A stretch of DNA of 62,611 nucleotides, filler included, from Choristocarpus tenellus KU-1152 (lineage: Eukaryota; Protista; Phaeophyceae): assembly GCA_964200185.2 (NCBI GenBank). It is 13 parts of 13 records of this genome, joined end to end, with 100 filler letters (N's around TTAATTAATTAA, not from the genome) between each part and the next. Parts side by side here need not be neighbours in the genome. Positions count along the whole stretch, not along the records: positions 50,457 to 53,795 come from CAXNAD020020707.1; positions 53,896 to 59,447 come from CAXNAD020010450.1; positions 59,548 to 62,611 come from CAXNAD020022577.1; 10 more parts are not named here. One strand, given 5' to 3'. The position numbers were made by a program, and so were the translations under genes. Positions within the stretch are counted from its first letter, which is position 1. Each line of letters begins with the position of its first letter. The notes below the pieces were generated by a model, which had not been told where the DNA came from, searched no databases, and was given only the letters and a program-made list of their open reading frames with translations. Below are positions 53,720 through 62,611 of this stretch, in pieces.

Positions 53720-53897
53720 CTCTACATAAAAACAGTCACCACCTTATGCCTCTCGCCTCCCCCCCCCCCCCCAAAAAAAAAAAAAAACAAACCAANNNNN
53801 NNNNNNNNNNNNNNNNNNNNNNNNNNNNNNNNNNNNNNNTTAATTAATTAANNNNNNNNNNNNNNNNNNNNNNNNNNNNNNNNNNNNNNNNNNNNTC

Positions 53898-54203
53898 GAG
53901 AAGGCCGGTAAAGGGGCCGCTTCTCTTCTTTTCGGGGACGAGTGCTACGTACATGGGCCCACGCAGGTGAAACTTAGCAATCGTGGAGGGAGGGCAGGCA
54001 ATACGTTGCACCCCGAGCATGTGAAAGCGCTCCAGACAAAGAAGGCTATCTTCTTGAGCCTCGTGAAGCCCGAGCCTTGGAACGCCAGGTACTCCACGCG
54101 CCTAAATCTATGGCACCTTCTTGTCGAGGCATACCCTAAGCTCACAGAGTGGTGGAACAAGGGTGACGAATGCAATTTCGAGCCTGCTCAGCAATTGAAA
54201 TAG
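53898..54203 (+). CDS. C-terminal portion of an unidentified protein (open from contig start to TAG)
   Basis: About 101 codons without a stop, GC-rich: …VKPEPWNARYSTRLNLWHLLVEAYPKLTEWWNKGDECNFEPAQQLK*. Confidence 0.4.
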   Translation, partial: EKAGKGAASLLFGDECYVHGPTQVKLSNRGGRAGNTLHPEHVKALQTKKAIFLSLVKPEPWNARYSTRLNLWHLLVEAYPKLTEWWNKGDECNFEPAQQLK

Positions 54204-55672
54204 GGCTTCGGTCATTCTGGTTTTCTGTTCAAGTACGGGTAGAGTTGCAGATTGTGCAGAGTAATGCAGGTGTATATCTTTCCATGGCGTTAGAGTCTGA
54301 TGTTCATGCACTTTGCATCCCACAAGATATGCATTTTGATAGTGGAACAAAATATACGTAGCGACCGGTCAGAGTCGTTAGCGTATCATAGATCATACTC
54401 ACAATGAGGATCAGACCTGTCTTATCATTTGTTTTAAAAAGCATGTCTGCTGCAATGTTACATCCCTAAAATATATTACATCGATCAAACAATTCTTCTC
54501 CATCCGCCCGCTAGCCTTCCCAAATGATTTTCACCAAGGGCAGCGATGAATACCATTTCCTTCTGTGAGCCCTTGCTTATTCATTGTACACGATCACGCA
54601 CCCTCCCCCTATTCTTTTCAATACTGTGTGCACCACCTCTTTCTTTGCCCAACTGTTGACGAACTAGTTTCGATCAAGTGTAGTAATTCGAATCGTAGGG
54701 AATCATATGCCTAAATTCACCCACGATGCCCTAACCAAAGCACCAGCCCAGAACCTGTGGAAGAAGCGTACCTCAAACTACTTTCCTCAGAACGTACGAC
54801 AAACCATTATTTGACCAATAAGCACTCGTACACACTAAATATTCCGTCGACACCTTTTGCCGTGCCTCGTCCAACAGCTTCAACCCTAACACCGTCAGCG
54901 ACAACAACTACGTCTTACTGCATACAACATACAACACACACACACACAAATAAATAGAAGTCATAGACTTAAACGGTCCAACAAACAGGGTGAAGGTGTC
55001 TTAAAAAGCACGAATTTTGCACTGCTTGTCCCCTTAGTGTTTGACTTCCAACGCCTTTCTTATGACATTTACCTACTCCGAAACGTTCTTAACTAGGAAC
55101 ATACTTACGTTAATGAAAAAGGTGCGTCCAGAAGAACGATACTGACACTTGCTAACATACACGATAGCCAAATATACACCAAAATAAAAAAATATATGGT
55201 GTTTTTGGTCCCCATTTGGACTTTTTTGTAATCCTCTCGGACACTTTATATCCATATGTTTTGGTTCGTCGTGCCCACGAGGAGAGAACACACCCAAACA
55301 ATCCTCTATGTGATCGTTTCATAAAAAACAATGCAAACAAACCAACGAACAGAGCAACCCCGAAGCAGACAAAATCATTTTTTGTAATTCCTCGTAAACA
55401 ACGGCCCAACCTAACCCTAACTGGCAACCCTCTTTGGGTGCTAACAAAATCCCAGTCGTACACAAAAAAAAGGAACAGCCTCCCAAGTACACCTCTTCTT
55501 CTTCAGCATATAACTGCGCAACCAACACACAAAAACCAATAGACCTTTTCCAACATAGTCAACATCTGACACATGCAAACGTACAAACTCCTCCCCCAAT
55601 CAAAACCCGATTATCAAATGATAGCATAGATCCCCGTGTTATACCTACTACGCAAGGACAGAAACGAACCTA

Positions 55673-55928
55673 ACCAACAGTCTTTTTTTGCTGACATCTC
55701 AAATCCGACACGTGCGACTGGTCACTTTTTTCGTGTGATTTGGTCGCACGTGTCGGATTTGAAATGTCAGCAAAAAAAGAGTTGTTTGACCGAAACGGAC
55801 GACGCCCCCTCACAAACCAACCCCCCCCCAAGATACTTTGATTTGGTCAAATCACACCAATAAGGGAAACCTCGAAAGAGAGTAGTGAAAAACGGACGCT
55901 GACACCCCCCCCTAAGATACTTTGTCCC
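55673..55928. mobile_element. Nested MITE: an inverted copy inserted inside a forward copy of the same family
   Basis: The forward half ends …ACACGTGCGAC (55718). A reverse-oriented copy ending CCCCCAAGATACTTTGA follows. The forward copy then resumes at CAAATCACAC…CCCTAAGATACTTTGTCCC. Confidence 0.75.
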
Positions 55929-56319
55929 AAAATCGTGGTAGAGGTTGCCATGTGTTTTGTTTTTTTTAAGAGAGAGAAAGGTGTGACGCGGAAGGCTGAG
56001 GCCATATAGCCTAGTTTTCCACTATCGAGCGTATACGGTGGACTTGCGGATGCCTCATACATATCAAGTTATTTTGGGGGGGGTGTATAGGTGAAGATCA
56101 ACTCATCGATTTGTACCAAAGAGCCTAACTCTCCTACCCAAAGTCCTACCCAGATCAAATTACCCTATATCCTCTATATATATTATATATTGGATATTTA
56201 CTTTTTAGATTAGAAACCAAATTCACCCACTAGGAATTTCGCAGAGTAATGCTTTAACGGATTATTGATGATCTTATAAAAGAGTTATCCAATCGAAGCG
56301 ACCGATTTATCCCAGCCAA

Positions 56320-58067
56320 TCAAAATGCTGCAAACCTGCATTGTACAAGGAGAAGACTTACACTGTTTTGAGTATATGGTAGATGCGCTCGTTTGCTAGC
56401 ATGTCACACCCTTCCGCTGCCTCAGCCAAACCCCTATCGTCAGGCAGAAACAGGGACTATATCGCCACAACAGGACTTCCATGCACGAATATATATCAAG
56501 CCAAACTTCACTTTTATACAGAGAGGTTGTCAACCGTGTACTAGCAGCCCTTGCACCGATGCTTCAACCTGTTTTAACCTAGAACTCCTCGCCCGCTGTC
56601 TGTGCAGCCTTAAATACCAAACTTTCCTCTGTTCCCCGCAAACACGGTACCTCATTCGTTCCCAAAAAGCAATGCAAAAACCCGTTCGACCAGTCACATC
56701 TGTTCCCCATCCTGTGCTTTGATCCCCACTTGCTCCAAGCACAGACAGGGCAAGCGATAGAAGTCGACACAATTCGGGCAAAGGCTTACCTCCGTCATCG
56801 GCCTCCCAGGACGAAGTCGATACGAAGTCGATATCGCGTATGCTTTCATCATGCCTGTAGTCAAGACTGCTTCACGTCCATAACTGACGGGTGCAGGTAT
56901 ATATAAATGACTCGTTAGTTTCCAGGGGAATCCTCCCATACCTTTCGGGAACCCACCGAGGACCTCCGAGTACTCAATCCACTGCAGGGTCTCGTACAAT
57001 GGTAGCCTTAATCGAAACGCATCATCTCCAATACCTAGCAGCGATGCAAGACTCGAAAATCCCTCCACTATTCGAGAGAAGTCCAACCGATTCGGACGCT
57101 GCAGAGTCGTCTTGAAGTTACACCATGGAGTCTAAGTTTCCAGTCATGTCATTCCAACTACAGACATTTAGACTTTCATTTTCACCTCGATAATATTCAC
57201 CATGACACTGGCCTATGGTACTAGTCAAGTATCGACATATGCCCTGCTATGTCACACACACAGAGTCCATTCGAGAATGCTTGTCGAGGTACTACTTGAC
57301 ACAGAGGTGCAGGTCTCATCTATTCTTATGAAAATTGCTTACCACAGCTCAACATGGCAGGCAAAGGTACCTTACATGCAGCAAACCCCAGAGGGTGCAA
57401 TATTCCACCAATGCTAGTATATGGAGAGGTCATCAAAACTTCCAATAGCGTTTTCCCCAGAGGAAAAAGTGCGCAATATGGGTTGTAGGATAATGGTGGG
57501 GGGCTGCCTTACGAAATTAATTTTAGGAGCAACATTTTGTAGACAACACTAGAGGGGGAACTGTCATTTAGAGAAGGTCAATGCTCCCAACCATCACCAC
57601 TTTCGCCATGGGTACCTTTTGTCAACACTCCAACACTCAGGTCGAGCAGTAACAATGTACCCTTGTCAGACCCTAGCAAATGGCATTGTAGTACAAAGGA
57701 AAGTTGTAAGGTGGATAGTTGTCAGACTAGGTAAACACTAAGAAGAAGAAATGAACAGCTTTACCTTACTACAGTTGGATGTTTATCGTGCCTTCTAGGA
57801 CCTTCACAACTCTAACACTAGACCATGCCCAACTAATGTTCCCACCTGAGAACAACTCTTGCCCCGAGAGGATGTGTTACGTCTCTTCCCTGTAAGGTAC
57901 TAGTGTCAAACATTGTGGTAGGACGCAAGCTGAAGAGACGAGTAGAACAGGGTCCAGTTTTTGAGTTCAAGTCACCCCACTGGAGGGTATGGTTGAAGGA
58001 TGGAAGTGAGGAGGAATTCAGCAGGAGAGAGATGACTGCCTCCTCCAGAAAACCTCCCAGCAGGTAA
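56320..58067 (+). pseudogene. Decayed ORF, probably transposon-derived, ending in a Tudor-like domain (57909-58067)
   Basis: Long frames interrupted by single stops. A C-x3-C…T..C-x2-C segment lies near 57700-57790. C-terminus is IVVGRKLKRR…GPVFEFKSPHWRVWLKDGSEEEFSRREM*. Confidence 0.45.
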
Positions 58068-58650
58068 CAACTGTATGCCTGAAGGACAAGGTGAGGTTCA
58101 GCCGGTACATGCTAGAACAAGAGATTAAAGCAGTGATAATCATAGTCACTGAAGGGAACAAGAGACAGCAGAAGTTAAAATGAAGCTGCCCACATTAGAG
58201 CACACATTAATATACATCAGTTGTATAGGCTGAAGTCCTTAGAAAATATAAACACTGAACTCACTACTTTTTATTATTTTCCTCTTTTCTATGTTGTAAC
58301 AACTCTGTGATCTTGAATTCTCTATTTTTTATATCTTCTATATCTCACTTGTGTTTTTCTAGTGCTTATATATTTTTAGTTCTCATCCCATCATCCCCTG
58401 ATTTTTAATTTCTTTTTTCTTTTTTCATATTTGTCACTCTTCTTATTTACCGATTTTTTTTTATTTTTTTCTTACTTTTTTGTTATTCCCTTTATTTTAT
58501 TATATTTACTATTCAGTTTCCACTTTGTTACCCTCATCATCCACACATTATTTATTTTATTTATTGACCATTTTGTTTCTCTTTATTTATTATTATTACT
58601 ATTTGTTGCTCTCAGTGGCCCTTCTTTATGTATTTTTCTTAATTTTTGTC

Positions 58651-59267
58651 ATTGCCTGTTTTGCGCACTAGCAGCCTTGAGCATGCTTTGTGCTTGGGGG
58701 GCACAGGACAGGCAATAATCAGATGCCGAGTAGATCATGAATGATATAAGTAAGCCTAATCCTTGATAGGACTTGCATTTATATAACCGGGAAGATTGGA
58801 ATGGAAGATGCATGAATTGTATGCCCAATCAGAGCTACGTATTTTGTAACTTTTGAAGGTGCAGTTCAAAAGAAACAAGTGTATACTTGGATTACGGCAG
58901 ACACAATTTAACGGAGATTGCATTGTGTGACCTTATGGACATCTTGAAGGGAACGTGGATAAATTAATCACAGTTGTGATTAGTGTGAAGCAGGTAATCC
59001 CTACATGGAACGTACGATAGGAGAAGTTGGAACCATGAAGTAACCCACATCAGAATAGACATTAATTTATATAGGATTTTTTTCTGTAAACCAGCTACCT
59101 GATGCCCTTAATTTCTTATTCTGCTCTATCTTTCTTCAGTCCTCTCTTTTCTGTCCCTTGTCTCATTTTTTTTAAATGCAGATGTTGATTTAATTGCCTG
59201 TTTTACGCACTAGCAGTCGTCAGTATGCTTCGTGCTTGGGGGGCATGAGACAGGCAATAATCAGATG
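58651..59267. ncRNA. Two copies of a 75-nt conserved hairpin (58651-58725, 59193-59267); putative structured RNA
   Basis: ATTGCCTGT…ACAGGCAAT stem with a compensatory change, inner GCAC/GTGC and AGCA/TGCT stems, and a variable loop. Each copy is preceded by T-rich sequence. Confidence 0.4.
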
Positions 59268-59765
59268 GTACTTAGCACCTTAGGGAAGCTGTACTTAGGA
59301 AGAGTAAATGTTTACTCAGATTGGGCTAGATGTAGAGGAATTTCTCCTAGTAGATAAGGATACATGTTTTGGACATGTTAGGAGTTAGGTTTTTTTTTTC
59401 TTCTTTCTTTCTCCTTGCCAAAGGATGGGGTCAAAGTATCTGGGGGGNNNNNNNNNNNNNNNNNNNNNNNNNNNNNNNNNNNNNNNNNNNNTTAATTAAT
59501 TAANNNNNNNNNNNNNNNNNNNNNNNNNNNNNNNNNNNNNNNNNNNNGAGGGAGGTCAAAACACCCCATGAGTGTTCATGCCACATTTTGCCCACACACC
59601 CCAACCCTCACCTTGTCCCTACAATTCTCTCTCTCTGTATATATATGTATGTATATATATGTATATCCTTGAATTATTTGTAACCTTTTGATGACGATGG
59701 ATGCATTGATCTAACGCGTCGACCTTTTGTACTGTGTGGTGTCTGTTCCTGTCATGTGAGAGCAG

Positions 59766-62069
59766 GTTGACTATGTCAGCTTTACATACCCCGTACACGC
59801 CTTCTATGTTCGTGTGGCAGCGATTCAGAGCGTGATCCGACTGGGCCTAGTAGGGGGCATCACAAAGAATGAAAGTGAGAATGGGGCAGGGGGGAAGGGG
59901 GGGCAGGGGAGATGCTTTGGGGGGGGTGAAGTAAGGAGGAGCTTTTGAACATTGAGAAGTTGGGAGTGATTGGTTCGCGGAGGTGGTGATCGGAGATTGT
60001 TTTGTTCCGTGTTCTGTTTTGGGGAAGAGATGTGATGTGTTTGTGTTTGGCTGAGCCCGATCAGACCCTCGTCACAGTTTCGCTTGTTACATCAACTGCG
60101 ATAGGTGGACATACTTCACTTAGTTGTTGCTTTTACAGTTTTGTAGAACACCCGTCACTTAGTCATTGACGAGGTCATGACCTTTTCTTTTTTTTTCCTC
60201 TTCGTTCTCGTGAACAATTTTCTTTTTTATTAATTTTGACGATGGAGTTCTTTTGAGGGTTAGGGTTAGGGTTAGCTTTGCGCTCTAGGTACACAGCACA
60301 GCAAACACCTTCGGCAGGTAGTAGTAGCCTTAACGTATAGACAGACAGGGCCAGAGCAGAGAGAGGCTTGGCATGTTTTTGTTTTTGTTTTATTTATTTT
60401 TTTAAATGAGAACATTTTTTGCTCTTTTTAAAGAATGTTTGGTGGGGGAGGTGAGAACACACTGCGTGGGGCATACACACGAACCCGCTGCGATGTTGGC
60501 ATGGACCAAGTAAGGATACGTGTTCTGTGTGTTGGGAGTGCTGATGCTTGCTTGCTGTTGCTGTTGCTCCTCTTCTCTTAGACCTGTGGGCTGGTCTATT
60601 GGCCCCTGCTTTTTTGTTTTTGTACTGTAGTAGGTCCCTTTTAGAAAAAAAAGCCTTTCACGAAAACTCTACAAACATTTAGTGTCATCTTTTCGGTGCT
60701 CTGGAGTGCCCTGGAGCCAAAAAATAATTTATTTTTCATTGTCCTCTGTGTCTTCTATTGTTTTTTTATGCATGGTACTTTTGGGGGGGGTTGGGTTAGG
60801 TTGGGTTGGGTTGTGCATGTCGATCCTCTCTGTGTGCAGACGCATATCATGAAATGACAGCTTTGAACTAGAAAAAAAAAAACGGATTCACATGTGTCAT
60901 CATGGCATCTCCTAGTGCCGTGTCTACCCTGCTCTCACCATTGCACAGACTGTCTCTATTGGTTGTAGTCCAGGGTCAGCACTATTGTGAAGCAATGCCG
61001 ATACATGTGTGTGTGTGTGTTGTGTTGTGTTGTGTTGTGTTTTGTTTTATTCTTATTTATTTTCTTCTACTACTTTGAGTGAGCGCCTTATGCATGATAC
61101 AAAATCCTCTCTTTCGCCTAGTTTTTCTTTTGTGACGAGTTGCCTCACCCCCTATGCCACGGTACAAATGTCGTGTTTCTGGCATCTTGCACCCGTCTCT
61201 GTCGTCTCTGTCCTTTGCCTTTGTCCTGTGTAGAACCAGCGATCAATTGGAGAGGCCAGTTTGCGCCTCCGCTTTGTAGACTTTGACTTCTGTTGCTCGG
61301 GACTTTTTGGCAAGAGGCGTTTTGACGGTGTTTTGGTGGCGTTTTGATGCACCCTGCTTGATCCCGTTAAAAAAAAAAATCAGAGATGAACTCTCTCTTT
61401 TGGTTGCATTCCGGGAACAGTATGATAATCTTTTTTTTTTTAGTCTTAGTTCTTTTTGTTTTCAAAGAGGCGTTTTTTTTTTCCCCTCGTACCTTTTTTT
61501 CTATTTTTTGAGTTTATGCTAAGAATAGTATGAAGAATAATAGTACTAAATAATTTTGAGGGTTTGGAAGCGGATGAGAGCAGCGTTCTGCTTTACTATA
61601 CCACTAGAAATCTCTCTCGCCTATGTTGCTATCACTACTATTGCACTTGCTGGGGCGTTATTCATAGCAGAATACATTACCTATACCCCTCCAGCCCCTC
61701 CCCTGTCGCCAAAAGGCCCTTTTTGTTCATCACAGACATCCCTTTTTGTTCATCACAGACATCCCTTTTTGTTCATCACAGACATCCCTTTTTTGTTCAT
61801 CACAGACATACCTTTTTTGTTCATCACAGACATACCTTTTTGTTCATCACAGACATCCCTTTTTGTTCATCACAGACATCCCTTTTTGACACCGTATTTT
61901 GCAAACCCTATTGTGGGTTTGTTGGTGATTTTATGTGGCAGGCGTGAACGATCCGAACAGAGGCTTGGCGATAGCGTTCTGCAGCACATTGGACCTGTGT
62001 GAGAGGGAGTGTTCGTTAGGGGACACTCAGCTCAGCTACTGGGCCTTGCACTGTCTGCTGGACGCATTG
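59766..62069 (+). CDS. Internal exons of an unidentified helical-repeat protein (weak resemblance to the TAF2 C-terminal region): 59766..59874, 60289..60317, 61234..61327, 61942..62069
   Basis: Four AG…GT exons with mutually compatible phases: VDYVSFTYPVHAFYVRVAAIQSVIRLGL…, STQHSKHLRQ, NQRSIGE…RFD and GVNDPNRGLAIAFCSTLDLCE…WALHCLLDAL. Confidence 0.55.
61717..61888. repeat. 7 x 23-24-bp minisatellite (CCTTTTTGTTCATCACAGACAT)
   Basis: Near-identical head-to-tail units that differ mainly in T-run length. Confidence 0.95.
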
Positions 62070-62611
62070 GTAAGAATGGAGGTTGTGTTTTTACCTTGGT
62101 ATGTTTCTGCCCCAACTCCTTTCTGTGCTGTTGGTGGTTACATTTCCTCAACTCCTTTCTGTCTCCAGTGGAAGATGTAAGATGTAATCTGAAGCACAGT
62201 GTGTGGGTCTACCATTAGGATGCGCAGTACTGTGCATGTTGGTTGGTGCATGTTGGTGCATTATTGTTTAATCAGGAATGCTGCACAGTGGAAGATCCTC
62301 CAGGGTGTTGAGAACTAACTACCCAGTGATTTGCTGACTTTTGGTTACATGGCTGTTGAAGAGTCATGTTAGGGTAAACCAGAGGGACCCAGTATGGGTT
62401 TTTTGTCGGGTCTGGTAGAGAGTAGGAAGGATTGGGTGCAGCCAGGGCAGGGGGGAAAATGTAACTTAGAATAGACATCAATCCCAAAGGGGGAGTTAAC
62501 TAAGTTTTCTTGGGCTTGTAGCAGGTAGATGTATGTGGCAATGCTGTTTGTGCTATTGTCTCCCAAGGTGATTGGTATGTATGCAAACCTTGGAAGAGGA
62601 CGTTTGGGGGG

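Noticed and set aside
58684-58725. CTTTGTGCTTGGGGGGCA resembles the 5' end of plant U4 snRNA
   Set aside because: No U4 5' stem-loop kink-turn, stem I element or Sm site follows.
58880-58915. GCAGACACAATTTAACG resembles part of array copy 1 (GCAGACACAGTTAACACG)
   Set aside because: The match is too short, and the flanking C/D motif and stems are not recognisable.
3749-59547. Recurrent palindromic TTAATTAATTAA flanked by N runs, superficially like a regularly spaced repeat system
   Set aside because: It is a synthetic contig-joining linker with six-frame stops, not biological. No gene-neighbourhood inference across linkers is valid.
61717-61888. 23-24-bp repeats as a possible CRISPR array
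   Set aside because: The units are head-to-tail with no unique spacers, no cas genes are present, and the context is a eukaryotic intron.

Overview
Eukaryotic, intron-rich, repeat-rich DNA. A stramenopile/brown-alga-like origin is an inference from gene and transposon style. The window is not contiguous: it is 13 small contigs joined by 12 identical 100-bp artificial spacers (44 N + TTAATTAATTAA + 44 N, with stops in all six frames), so adjacency across spacers is meaningless. Spliced gene fragments recognisable from phase-consistent GT/GC-AG exons are a polyproline-tailed protein, a TKL/Raf-like Ser/Thr kinase, an NSF-like AAA ATPase, an N-myristoylated protein, FAM136A/DUF842, an STI1/HOP-like TPR protein, WDHD1/Ctf4 and two unknown genes. 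Decayed mobile DNA includes an RTE-like LINE, a CRE-like RLE remnant, gag and Copia RT/RNaseH remnants, and a family of short TIR elements with GRGTCAAAGTATCT termini and 4-bp TSDs (Sola2-like MITEs) that sit at 7 contig ends. The strongest unexplained signal is a tandem array of four ~125-nt structured non-coding units at 52650-53719 (minus strand). Each has a terminal stem, a box C/D-type kink-turn, covarying hairpins and an element antisense to 18S rRNA. A second duplicated, covarying 75-nt hairpin (58651-59267) lies downstream of a decayed ORF ending in a Tudor-like domain.
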